Shown here piece after piece: positions 1 through 9,212 of a stretch of DNA of 64,000 bases. Every line of letters starts with the position of its first letter. Within the stretch, counting starts at the first letter, position 1. The DNA is from Alphaproteobacteria bacterium (GTDB taxonomy: Bacteria > Pseudomonadota > Alphaproteobacteria > SP197): the NCBI GenBank assembly GCA_965228895.1, contig OZ245842.1:1408001-1472000 (forward strand), written 5' to 3'. Below the pieces are notes generated by a model, which saw nothing but the letters and a program-made list of their open reading frames with translations, was not told the DNA's origin and ran no database searches. The translations under genes and the position numbers were made by a program.

Positions 1-146
1 TCTTCGAACATCTCGATGGCCCAAGCTTCGTCGGTGCCATAACCCTGCCAGTTGAGAACACGGACCTCCTGCGCCATGGCGCCGGCGCCGGCCAGGGTTG
101 CCCCGGCAAACGCGGCGGCGGCAAGCAGGTTTTTCAAACGTGCCAT
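1..146 (-). CDS. ABC transporter substrate-binding protein (polyamine/PotD-like family), 5' part; runs off window start
   Basis: Minus strand reads MARLKNLLAAAAFAGATLAGAGAMAQEVRVLNWQGYGTDEAWAIEMFE: signal peptide plus the 'V.NW.GY' start typical of PotD/PotF-type SBPs; SD GGAGGAG at 153-159 (minus). Confidence 0.75.
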   Translation of the reverse strand, partial: MARLKNLLAAAAFAGATLAGAGAMAQEVRVLNWQGYGTDEAWAIEMFE

Positions 147-266
147 GCGACACTCCTCCCATAGTGAAGCCGGCACTGCCGCCGGCCAGAACATTGGCTG
201 ATACACCGAAACCACGAGTGTCTTTCCCGGTCGATCGCTCAACCGGGTCGCATCGCGTTTTCGGTG
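145..266 (-). promoter_or_regulatory. Candidate structured 5' leader (riboswitch-like) of the SBP gene
   Basis: mRNA sense: outer stem CACCGAAA/UUUCGGUG (266-259 with 211-204); inner 9-bp stem with GCGA tetraloop (247-226); flanking segments AUGCGAC and GACACUC are each complementary to the SD/start region GAGUGUCGCAU. Confidence 0.35.
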
Positions 267-409
267 CCTGACAGGACGGTTACATGGCGGTTTCAGCGAG
301 TCAACGCGATGGCGCGGCAAGTTCGTCCGAGATGTTCATCGGGAATGCCTTGACCCCTGTCCCGCATGCCGGAATGCTCCACGCCGATGACCGCAGGAAA
401 CCCACCAAC

Positions 410-1252
410 GTGAGTCTCTATTTGTGCCCGACGAGCCTGGACGAAGCGCTCGACGCGCTGTCGGACCGCCCGATGACGGTGTTGGCCGGCGGCACCGATG
501 TGTATCCCGCCCGGGTCGGCCGCCCGTTTGACGAAGATGTCCTGGATATTTCCCGCGTCCGCGGCCTTCGCGGCATCGAGGATAGAGGCGATCACTGGCT
601 GATTGGCGCCACGACAACCTGGACCGACGTGCTGAAAGCGGATCTGCCGCCCCTGTTCGACGGCCTAAAGCTGGCGGCGCGCGAGGTCGGCGGCGTGCAG
701 ATCCAGAACGCCGGGACAATCGCCGGCAATCTCTGCAACGCCTCGCCGGCTGCCGATGGTGTGCCCGCGCTTATGAGCCTGGACGCTGAGGTGGAGATCA
801 GCGGCAAGGACGGCGTTGTGACGGCAGGCCTTGCCGACTTCATCACAGGCAACCGGCAGACGACGCTTCGCGCCGATCAACTGGTGACCGGCGTGCGCGT
901 GCCGAAACCAGCGGCCGACTGGGTGCGCGGTCATTTTCTGAAGCTTGGCGCACGACGTTATCTCGTCATCTCCATCGTCATGGCGGCCGGCGTGATCGAG
1001 GTTGAGGACGAGACAGTGTGCCATGCGCGGATCGCGGTCGGGTCCTGCTCTGCGGTCGCCCAGCGCCTGAAGGATCTGGAGGCCGCGCTGATCGGCTGCC
1101 ATGTCGATGGCGATCTTGGCCATGCGGTCACCGACGAGCATCTTGCCGGTCTGGCGCCGATTGACGATGTCAGAGCGAGCGCAGACTACCGGCGCCATGC
1201 CGCTTTGACGCTGGTCCGCCGTCTGCTGAACGACCTGGGCGCAACGGCGTGA
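410..1252 (+). CDS. Xanthine dehydrogenase-family molybdenum hydroxylase, FAD-binding subunit (nicotinate dehydrogenase-like)
   Basis: LAGGTD, IQNAGTIAGNLCNASPAAD, PIDDVRASADYR motifs; GTG at 410 with AGGA upstream preferred over the ORF-track start at 284; GTGA overlap with the next gene. Confidence 0.9.
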   Translation: MSLYLCPTSLDEALDALSDRPMTVLAGGTDVYPARVGRPFDEDVLDISRVRGLRGIEDRGDHWLIGATTTWTDVLKADLPPLFDGLKLAAREVGGVQIQNAGTIAGNLCNASPAADGVPALMSLDAEVEISGKDGVVTAGLADFITGNRQTTLRADQLVTGVRVPKPAADWVRGHFLKLGARRYLVISIVMAAGVIEVEDETVCHARIAVGSCSAVAQRLKDLEAALIGCHVDGDLGHAVTDEHLAGLAPIDDVRASADYRRHAALTLVRRLLNDLGATA

Positions 1253-3975
1253 GCGCATCAACCACATTCACCGTTAACGGCCGTACGGTCGATGTGGACG
1301 CCGTACGGCAAGCACGGCTGGCCGATGTGCTGCGCGACGACCTCGGTCTGACAGGTACCAAGATCGGCTGTAACGCCGGTGACTGCGGCGCCTGTACCGT
1401 GCTGCTTGATGGTGACCAGGTTTGCGCCTGCATGGTGCCGCTGGCCCAGGCCGAGGGACGCGATGTCACGACGGTCGAGGGGCTGGCGGGCGATGACCTG
1501 ACGGCGCTTCAGAACGCGTTCCAACGCCACGGCGCGGCCCAATGCGGCATCTGTACGCCTGGTATGCTGATGGCGGCGACATCGCTGCTCGAGTCGGTGG
1601 CCAAGCCGACAGGCGAACAGGTCCAGGATGCGCTTGGTGGCGTGTTGTGTCGTTGTACCGGCTACCAGAAGATCGTCGAAGCCGTTCTGGATGTCGCCAC
1701 AACCGGTGCGCCGGTTCGCCCGGATGCCGGTCATGCGGTCGGCGCGCGCCTCGCGAAGATCGATGGGCTGCCGAAGCTGACCGGCGATGAGCGCTATGGC
1801 GCTGATGCCGTGCCGCCGGATGCCTTGTGGCTGCGCGTGCTGCGGTCGCCCCATCCAGCGGCGCATTTTGAGATCGGCGATATCGATGGATTTCTCTCGT
1901 CGCACCCCGGCATCGACCGGGTTCTGACATCGGCCGATGTGCCGTTTAACGGCTATGGCATTTATCCGGATATCAAGGACCAGCCGGTGTTGGCCGAGGG
2001 CCAAGCGCGTTATCGCGGCGAGGCCGTCGTCGCCGTGGTCGGTGATCGTGATGCCGTCGCGTTGCTTGATTTGGACGACATTCCGGTCAGCTTCACGCCA
2101 ATCGACCCGGTGATCGGGCTCGATGCCGCCATGGCCGACGATGCACCGCCGGTTCAGGCGAACCGTGACAACAATCTTCTTGTCTCCGGTGGCGTCCGAT
2201 CGGGCAACGTCGGCAAGGCGCTGGACGAAAGCGACATCACAGCCGATGGCGTGTTCGAGGTAGCGTTTGTCGAGCATGCCTATATCGAGCCCGAAGCCGG
2301 CTGGGCGCGCCGGGTTGGCGATCGGATCGAAGTTCACGTTTCCACCCAAACGCCCTACATGGACCGTGATGAAGTCGCCAACATCATGCGGATTCCAGGC
2401 GACCAAGTCCGCATCGTGCCGACCGCGTGCGGCGGCGGCTTCGGCGGCAAGCTGGATCAGGGGGTGCAGCCCTTGATTGCGCTTGCCGCCTGGGTCACCG
2501 AACGCCCCGTGGCATGCGTGTGGACACGGCCGGAAAGCATGGCAGCCAGCACCAAGCGCCATCCTTCCCGCATCACCACGCGGTTCGGCTGCGACCGGTT
2601 CGGCCGCATGACCGCCGCCGAGATGTTCGCCGAATTCAACACTGGCGCCTATGCGTCATGGGGCCCGACCGTATCGGGAAGGGTGCCCATCCACGGCATG
2701 GGTCCCTATCGCGTGCCCCATGTCAGGACGCGGGGCCAGGCTTGGTTCGCCAACGAACCGCCCGCGGGCGCGTTTCGCGGCTTTGGCGTGCCGCAGGCGG
2801 CCATCGCCCACGAGACGATGATGGATGATCTTGCGCTTCAGGTTGGCATCGACCGGCTGGAGTTCCGCCTGATGAACGCGCTCGCCAAGGGCGACCGCAC
2901 GGCGACCGGTCAGTTGCTGGAGGCGAGCACGGGGCTGTCGGCCTGCCTGGAGGCGCTGACCCAACCCTGGAAGGACGCGCTGGCCCAGGCCGAAACAAGA
3001 AACGCCGGCGATCCGGTGACGCGCCGCGGTGTCGGCGTCGGCTGCATGTGGTACGGCATCGGCAACACCTCCATGACCAACCCGTCGACCATGCGCATCG
3101 GTCTGAGCGCCGATGGCCGCGTCACGTTCTATAACGGCGCGGCCGACATCGGGCAGGGGTCGAGCACAATCTTGACCCAGATTGCAGCCGACGCACTGGG
3201 TCTTCCCGTCGGCAGTCTCGACGTGATCGTCGGTGACACCGACCGTACCGCCGATGCCGGCAAGAGCTCGGCAAGCCGCCAGACATTCGTCTCCGGCAAG
3301 GCGGCGGAACTGGCCGGGCTTGACCTGCGAAGCCAAATCCTGCGGCTGGTCAACGCGGGCGACGACGCGCAACTATCGCTCGACGGCGCGGTCTTAAACG
3401 TCGTGGATGGCGACGCCGAACATGTGCCCGATCTTGCCGGTTTGCCGGCGGACGCCAACGGCGACGTGCTGGTTGGCGAAGGGACCTTCGACCCGCCGGC
3501 GACCGCACTGGACGAGAACGGCCAAGGCTCGCCCTACGCGACTTACGCCTTTGCCGCACAGATGGCGGTCGTCGATGTTGATACGGAGCTCGGCACCGTC
3601 AAGGTCAAACGTATGGTCGCGGCGCACGACGTCGGCCGCGCGATCAACCCGATCCAGGTCGAAGGCCAGATCCATGGCGGCATCGCCCAGGGACTGGGTC
3701 TGGCGCTGATGGAAGAATATGTGCCCGGCGTGACCGAAAACCTGCACGACTATCTGATCCCGACCTTTGGCGACATGCCGGAGATTCGCGTTATCATCAT
3801 CGAGGATGAAGAGCCTTTGGGGCCGTACGGCGCCAAGGGTGTTGGCGAGCCCGGCCTGGTGCCGACCGCGCCGGCGATCCTGGGTGCGATCCGCCATGCG
3901 ACGGGTGCGCGCATCACCCGGGTTCCCGCGCTGCCCCATCGGGTTCTCGAAGCCATGGAGGCCTCTGGTGACTGA
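1249..3975 (+). CDS. Molybdenum hydroxylase with [2Fe-2S] small subunit fused to the Moco-binding large subunit (nicotinate dehydrogenase-like)
   Basis: N-terminal GCNAGDCGAC and QCGICTPG...CRCTGY clusters; Moco motifs GGGFGGK, AFRGFG, IGQGS, ASRQT, GAKGVGEPG (catalytic Glu). Confidence 0.92.
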   Translation: MSASTTFTVNGRTVDVDAVRQARLADVLRDDLGLTGTKIGCNAGDCGACTVLLDGDQVCACMVPLAQAEGRDVTTVEGLAGDDLTALQNAFQRHGAAQCGICTPGMLMAATSLLESVAKPTGEQVQDALGGVLCRCTGYQKIVEAVLDVATTGAPVRPDAGHAVGARLAKIDGLPKLTGDERYGADAVPPDALWLRVLRSPHPAAHFEIGDIDGFLSSHPGIDRVLTSADVPFNGYGIYPDIKDQPVLAEGQARYRGEAVVAVVGDRDAVALLDLDDIPVSFTPIDPVIGLDAAMADDAPPVQANRDNNLLVSGGVRSGNVGKALDESDITADGVFEVAFVEHAYIEPEAGWARRVGDRIEVHVSTQTPYMDRDEVANIMRIPGDQVRIVPTACGGGFGGKLDQGVQPLIALAAWVTERPVACVWTRPESMAASTKRHPSRITTRFGCDRFGRMTAAEMFAEFNTGAYASWGPTVSGRVPIHGMGPYRVPHVRTRGQAWFANEPPAGAFRGFGVPQAAIAHETMMDDLALQVGIDRLEFRLMNALAKGDRTATGQLLEASTGLSACLEALTQPWKDALAQAETRNAGDPVTRRGVGVGCMWYGIGNTSMTNPSTMRIGLSADGRVTFYNGAADIGQGSSTILTQIAADALGLPVGSLDVIVGDTDRTADAGKSSASRQTFVSGKAAELAGLDLRSQILRLVNAGDDAQLSLDGAVLNVVDGDAEHVPDLAGLPADANGDVLVGEGTFDPPATALDENGQGSPYATYAFAAQMAVVDVDTELGTVKVKRMVAAHDVGRAINPIQVEGQIHGGIAQGLGLALMEEYVPGVTENLHDYLIPTFGDMPEIRVIIIEDEEPLGPYGAKGVGEPGLVPTAPAILGAIRHATGARITRVPALPHRVLEAMEASGD

Positions 3976-5425
3976 CACCGCCGACCAGGAAGCCGGCATC
4001 GTCAAGTGCGACGCGTGTCCGGTGTTGTGCCGGATCCGTGCCGGCAAGACCGGCGCATGCGACCGCTATGCCAACGCGGATGGCCGCCTGGTGCGCGTTG
4101 ATCCTCTGGTTGTCGCCCAGCGCGCCGACAAGCTGGTGCCGTTTTTGGAGGGGTCGGCGAACTGGGACGGTGCCGTCGTCACGGGCAAGGACAGTTTCGT
4201 CACCGGTATTGGCTCCGGCACCACCTATCCCGACTACAAACCCGCGCCCTTCATCGTTGCGAGCGAGGCTGACGGCGTCGACATGGTCACCGTCGTCTCC
4301 GAGGGCATCTTCAGCTACTGCGGGATCAAGGTGAAGATCGACACCGACCGGTTCTTGGGCCCCGAGCAATCCAACGTGTTGTGTGAGGGCGAGCCGATCG
4401 GTCACGTCACGACCGCCGAATACGGTTCGCAGATGTTGTCGCTGGGCGGCGTGCGGCATCTGACCGGCGGCTCGAAGAGAGAAGGCAACACGACTTGCCA
4501 GGCGATGCTCGATCTGTGCAGCGGCAAGCCGGTCGATGTTGTTGTGGACGGCGGGTCCGACGTGACGATCCAGGCGGGCCAGCCGCCGGTGGTGAACGGC
4601 CAGCGCGAGGAGCGCATGCGGGTTGGTTGCGGCAGCGCGGCCATGGGCATGTTCGCCAAGCAGTGGTTCGAGCACGCCGACGAAGTAATCGTTGTCGACG
4701 ACCACATCACCGGCGTCTTCACCGAACACTATGCCGGGACCTATCTGGACGTGCCGCCGTCCGGCATTCGTGTCCGAGGGCGCAAGTCGACACCCGGGCG
4801 CTATTTCCAGGTCGCCGAGCCGGGTCTTGGTTGGGGCGGCACGGACGTGACCGACCCTCTGGAGATCATCGAGAAGATCGATGCCAAGAAGGCTTGGCCG
4901 GGCCTGAAGCTTTTGATGGTCTCGACCACCGGCGAAGACGCCGGCTGGTATGTCCTGGATGACGATCTCGTTCCACAGCCTGCCGACATGCCGGCACCGG
5001 TCAATCAGGTTGTCGAGCGGATTGCCGAAAACTGTGAGCCCGCTCTGTGCACGGTCCTTTTCATGGCCGGTGCCGGCGGCTCGTTGCGGGCTGGCGTGAC
5101 GGAAAACCCTGTGCGATTGACCCGTTCGGTTCGCGAATCCCTGACCCGTGTCACCTCGGGTGGCGCGCCGGTCTATGTCTGGCCCGGTGGCGGAATCACG
5201 TTCATGGTCGACGTCACGCGCCTGCCGGAAAACGCTTTCGGCTATGTCCCGACCCCCGCCCTGGTCGCGCCCATCGAGTTTACCCTGCGGCTGGACGACT
5301 ATCTGGCCTTGGGTGGCCATGGCGACCATGTGCGCCGGCTTGGCGACGTGGTCAGCGATGTTCATCCGGCAGCACACAGGTGGCATGACGACAATCCCTG
5401 GCCGGTGCGGGTCCAGCAGGCATGA
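3968..5425 (+). CDS. 6-hydroxynicotinate reductase-like iron-sulfur protein
   Basis: CDACPVLC...GACDRYAN, TGIGSGTTYPDYKPAPFIV, MRVGCGSA, AGAGGSLRAGVTENPV motifs recognised as the Hnr family; GTG at 3968 overlaps the upstream gene end. Confidence 0.85.
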   Translation: MTDTADQEAGIVKCDACPVLCRIRAGKTGACDRYANADGRLVRVDPLVVAQRADKLVPFLEGSANWDGAVVTGKDSFVTGIGSGTTYPDYKPAPFIVASEADGVDMVTVVSEGIFSYCGIKVKIDTDRFLGPEQSNVLCEGEPIGHVTTAEYGSQMLSLGGVRHLTGGSKREGNTTCQAMLDLCSGKPVDVVVDGGSDVTIQAGQPPVVNGQREERMRVGCGSAAMGMFAKQWFEHADEVIVVDDHITGVFTEHYAGTYLDVPPSGIRVRGRKSTPGRYFQVAEPGLGWGGTDVTDPLEIIEKIDAKKAWPGLKLLMVSTTGEDAGWYVLDDDLVPQPADMPAPVNQVVERIAENCEPALCTVLFMAGAGGSLRAGVTENPVRLTRSVRESLTRVTSGGAPVYVWPGGGITFMVDVTRLPENAFGYVPTPALVAPIEFTLRLDDYLALGGHGDHVRRLGDVVSDVHPAAHRWHDDNPWPVRVQQA

Positions 5426-6282
5426 CCGCACAGATCGCGCGCCTGGCCGGCGATCGGCTGCATCTGCATCACGGTCCCATCGATATCGTATTGAAGGCGT
5501 GGGGCGAGGCGGATGACGTGGCGCGCGCTTATGACCAGGCGATGCAACGTTTCCAAACGATCCTCGACGACCTCGTTCAGGAACTGCCGCAGCTTCGCCA
5601 GTCCCATGGTGAGACGCATCCTCTCTTTCAGGGCCGCGTTGCGCGGCGCATGGCGACCGCCACGCGCCCGTTTGCCGATCGATTCGTGACGCCGATGGCG
5701 GCTGTCGCCGGCGCCGTGGCAGACGAGGTCTTGGAAGCCATGACCGACGGCACCACCATCCGACGCGCCTATGTCAACAACGGCGGCGATATTGCCCTGT
5801 ATCTGTCACCGGGCGAAACATTGAAAGCCGGCATCGTCGACAACCAGGACGCCCCCTTTCTGGACGCCGATGTCACGATTGAGTCGGCGATGCCGGTGCG
5901 CGGCATGGCGACCTCGGGCTGGCGCGGGCGTTCCCAATCTCTGGGCATTGCTGACGCGGTGACGGTCTTGGCGGCGGATGCCGCGACGGCCGATGTCGCG
6001 GCGACGCTGATCGCTAATGCCGTCGATACCGACCATCCAACCATCGAGCGGGCCCCCGCGTCGTCGCTGCGCGACGACACCGATCTGGGCGAGCGGCTTG
6101 TGACCGTCTCGGTCGGAGCGTTGGACGAACCAGCCATCGTCGCCGCGATGAACGCCGGTGTCGATCTCGCCAAGACCTACCGTGCGCGCGGCCTCATCCA
6201 CAGCGCCTATCTGGCGCTGCAGAACCGTCGCCGGGTTGTCGCATGCAACAGCTATGTTTTGCCCGAGGGAGCGAGTGCATGA
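5422..6282 (+). CDS. UPF0280 family (ApbE-like) protein
   Basis: RLHLHHGPID, TPMAAVAGAVAD, VNNGGDIA, ATSGWRGRSQSLGIADAVTV; ATGA overlap with the hnr-like gene. Confidence 0.88.
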   Translation: MTAQIARLAGDRLHLHHGPIDIVLKAWGEADDVARAYDQAMQRFQTILDDLVQELPQLRQSHGETHPLFQGRVARRMATATRPFADRFVTPMAAVAGAVADEVLEAMTDGTTIRRAYVNNGGDIALYLSPGETLKAGIVDNQDAPFLDADVTIESAMPVRGMATSGWRGRSQSLGIADAVTVLAADAATADVAATLIANAVDTDHPTIERAPASSLRDDTDLGERLVTVSVGALDEPAIVAAMNAGVDLAKTYRARGLIHSAYLALQNRRRVVACNSYVLPEGASA

Positions 6283-6866
6283 GTCTTGAGGTTGATGTCC
6301 GCAAAATCGTCACGGTGGTTGACGAGATCCATCACGAGTTCGGTCCGCCGCCGGAGGGACCCTATAAGCGCGGCGCGATCATGATGGTGATCGCCAATCC
6401 CTATGCCGGCGAGTATGTCGAGGACATCACGCCCATGATGGAGGCGCTGAAACCCCTGGGTCTGGATATGTCCCACCGGCTGATCGCCGCGCTGGGCGTC
6501 AAGCCGGACAACATCCAGGCCTATGGCAAGGGCGCGATTGTCGGCGAGGCCGGCGAACTGGAGCACGGTGCGCTGTGGCACGTACCCGGCGGCTACGGAA
6601 TGCGCGAGGTGCTGGGCGGCGCCAAGGCGATCGTGCCGTCCGCCAAAAAGGTCGGCGGCATGGGCACGCGGTTGGATATCCCGATCGGCCACATCGATGC
6701 CGCCTATGTGCGCAGCCATTTCGATGCCATGGAAATCGGTCTGCCCGACGCGCCCCGGCGTGACGAGATCATCTACGGCCTGGTCATGACGACGGGTGGT
6801 CGCATCCACGCGCGTGTCGGCGGTCTGCGTCACGAGGATATCGGCGGCGAAGACGGCCTGCGGTGA
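6279..6866 (+). CDS. 'Amino acid synthesis' family protein (DUF1185-like)
   Basis: VIANPYAG, YGKGAIVGEAGELEHGA, AAYVRSHFDAME, GGRIHARVGGL; ATG at 6279 overlaps the previous TGA. Confidence 0.85.
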   Translation: MSLEVDVRKIVTVVDEIHHEFGPPPEGPYKRGAIMMVIANPYAGEYVEDITPMMEALKPLGLDMSHRLIAALGVKPDNIQAYGKGAIVGEAGELEHGALWHVPGGYGMREVLGGAKAIVPSAKKVGGMGTRLDIPIGHIDAAYVRSHFDAMEIGLPDAPRRDEIIYGLVMTTGGRIHARVGGLRHEDIGGEDGLR

Positions 6867-6896
6867 ACGCGGCGAAATTGCTGTAGGCTCGTCGGT

Positions 6897-8366
6897 ATGA
6901 GCAGCACCTTCGATCAGGTCGCCCGCGACATGAAGCCGTTCACCAGCGCTGATGAAGCGTTGGAACGCGTTCGCGAGATCTACCGGGCAGGTGTCGACGA
7001 CGTTCGCCACCGCTTTGCCGACTATCTTGCCGGCGGCTCCGATGAGCCGGGAGAGGCGCCATGCTATCCCTATGCCGGCATCGTCATTGATCAGGCCGAC
7101 ATCCACAGCGGCAGCGAACGCTCGTTCGGTATTCTGCGCGGTGCCGGCGCGTTCGGCATCACGTTGACCCGGCCCGATCTCTTCGACGACTATTACCGCG
7201 AGCAGTTCGACCTTCTCATCGCGAACTACGAACGGCCGGTTTGGATCGGACGCAGCATGCAGCCGATCCCGCTTCCCTTCGTCATCGAGGAGGCGACAGC
7301 GGATTTGACGGCCGAACGTATCCATGACCTGAACAGCCGCTTTCATATGCCGGATCTGTCGCGCATCGACGATACGGTTGCCAACGGCACGCATAAGGCG
7401 CCGCCGGGACATCCCGAACCGCTCTCGCTGTTCACGGCGTCGCGGGTGGATTTTTCGCTGCTGCGCCTGCGCCACTACACCGCGACCTCGCCTGAGCACT
7501 TCCAGCGTTTCGTGATGTTCACGAATTACCAGCGCTATGTCGACCGGTTCATCGCCTATGGCCGCCAGCAGGTCAGCGATGGCGGTGACTACACGGCATT
7601 TGTCGAGCCGGGCAATGTCATCCACCCGAATGCCAAGTTGACCGATGACGAACCATCAGGCGAGGCACCGCCGCATCTGCCGCAGATGCCGGCCTATCAT
7701 CTGACCCGGGAAAACCGCGACGGCATTTCCCTGGTGAACATCGGCGTTGGCCCGTCGAACGCCAAAACCATCACCGATCACGTCGCTGTCCTGCGGCCTC
7801 ACTGTTGGCTGATGGTCGGCCATTGCGGTGGTCTGCGGCTGACCCAACGGCTTGGCGACTACGTGCTGGCGCATGCCTATGTCAGGAGCGACAACGTGCT
7901 GGACGAGGATCTGCCTGGTTGGGTGCCGGTGCCACCGATCGCCGAAATCCAGATCGCGTTGACCGCTGCCGTCTCCGAGGTCACGGGCCTCAAGAAGCAC
8001 GACCTGAAGACGCGGCTGCGCACGGGCACGGTCGTGACGACAGACGACCGCGATTGGGAGTTACGCCACCACGAGCTCGCGACCCGTTTCAACCAGTCGC
8101 GCGCGATTGCCATCGACATGGAATCGGCGACCATCGCCGCGAATGGTTTTCGCTTGCGTGTGCCCTACGGCACGTTGCTCTGCGTTTCCGATAAGCCGCT
8201 TCACGGTGAAATCAAGCTGCCCGGCATGGCGGATGCGTTCTATCGCGAGCGGATCAGCCAGCATCTTCAGATCGGCATCGCGACTTTGACCAGCCTGCGC
8301 GAAGCGGGTGTTGAGTCATTGCATTCACGCAAACTGCGAAGCTTCGACGAACCGGCGTTCCGCTAA
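6897..8366 (+). CDS. amn: AMP nucleosidase
   Basis: TLTRPDLF..YY.EQ, FTNYQRY, PQMPAYHL, NIGVGPSNAKTITDH, DMESATIAANGFRLRVPYGTLLCVSDKPLHGE, LHSRKLRSFDEPAFR. Confidence 0.95.
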   Translation: MSSTFDQVARDMKPFTSADEALERVREIYRAGVDDVRHRFADYLAGGSDEPGEAPCYPYAGIVIDQADIHSGSERSFGILRGAGAFGITLTRPDLFDDYYREQFDLLIANYERPVWIGRSMQPIPLPFVIEEATADLTAERIHDLNSRFHMPDLSRIDDTVANGTHKAPPGHPEPLSLFTASRVDFSLLRLRHYTATSPEHFQRFVMFTNYQRYVDRFIAYGRQQVSDGGDYTAFVEPGNVIHPNAKLTDDEPSGEAPPHLPQMPAYHLTRENRDGISLVNIGVGPSNAKTITDHVAVLRPHCWLMVGHCGGLRLTQRLGDYVLAHAYVRSDNVLDEDLPGWVPVPPIAEIQIALTAAVSEVTGLKKHDLKTRLRTGTVVTTDDRDWELRHHELATRFNQSRAIAIDMESATIAANGFRLRVPYGTLLCVSDKPLHGEIKLPGMADAFYRERISQHLQIGIATLTSLREAGVESLHSRKLRSFDEPAFR

Positions 8367-9160
8367 CAGTCGCGCAACAGCGAGCCGAACCCCTCGACCT
8401 TGTCATCAAGACCGGCAAGACGCAGGGCGTGCCAGGAAATGGCCTGGTTGCTCGCCACAACCGGTTTGCCGAGATCACGCTCAAGCTGGTCGATGATGCC
8501 GGCGGCACGCATACCGGTGCATGAGATAAAGAGCGCGTCCGCATCGTCGGTGCTGCCGACATCCAGCGCGGCCGCGCGGATCGAGTCTGGTGTCACGCGG
8601 CAGATCTCGTGGTCGGTCTCCTGTTTGAACGCGGCGCACGCGACGATCTCAAAACCCTGGTCTTCGATGACGGTCGCCAGCCGCGCGTTCACCTCGTCGA
8701 TATAGGGCGTGATAACGGCGAGGCGTTTGGCGCCGAGTTTCGCCAGGCCGGTCAGGCTCGCGGTGATCGGGTTGGTCACGGCGGCCTTTGGCTGGACTTG
8801 ATGGATCAGTTCGGCAACACGGTCGGGGCCGATGGTCATGGCGCCTGACGTACAACCATAAGCGATCACATCCAGATCCTCGCCGGGCATGATGAGTGCC
8901 GTCGTCGCGGCGAGGTGGTCGGCCATGGCGCCGAGGGTCGTGAGATCGACGCGCGGGGCAAACGGAATGCGCGTGCTGTAAATGCCGATGCCGGGCAGCG
9001 GCAGATAGCTGCGCATTTCACCTTCGATTACCGGATCGGTCACCAGCGTGATCAGCCCAATCGTTGCCCGCTCGGCGCTGCGCGCCATGTGGTCGCAGGG
9101 CAGGGTTTGCCATGCTTCGTGCGAGGCGGAGGGCGTCACATCATGGAGGGCTTTGGCCAT
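8363..9160 (-). CDS. Asp/Glu racemase / maleate isomerase family protein (EutA-like)
   Basis: Two catalytic-Cys motifs YGCTSG and FISCTG; TPY and PVVASNQA motifs. Confidence 0.85.
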   Translation of the reverse strand: MAKALHDVTPSASHEAWQTLPCDHMARSAERATIGLITLVTDPVIEGEMRSYLPLPGIGIYSTRIPFAPRVDLTTLGAMADHLAATTALIMPGEDLDVIAYGCTSGAMTIGPDRVAELIHQVQPKAAVTNPITASLTGLAKLGAKRLAVITPYIDEVNARLATVIEDQGFEIVACAAFKQETDHEICRVTPDSIRAAALDVGSTDDADALFISCTGMRAAGIIDQLERDLGKPVVASNQAISWHALRLAGLDDKVEGFGSLLRDC

Positions 9161-9212
9161 CGTTCGTCTCCCGGCGGGTGTCTTTCACCGCATCAGGGCA
9201 GCATAGCACCTG

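Noticed and set aside
216-258. Superficial resemblance of GCGAUGCGACC...GAAAGACAC to the NAD+-II riboswitch as I recall it
   Set aside because: The stem arrangement differs and the comparison is from memory; it needs a covariance-model search, so no family is assigned.
3767-3967. N-terminal extension of the Hnr-like ORF; similar over-long starts at 284, 33484, 35525, 38937, 41459, 43848, 59674, 61049 and 62359
   Set aside because: They overlap upstream genes or promoters; downstream starts have SD sequences or stop-start overlaps and match family N-termini.
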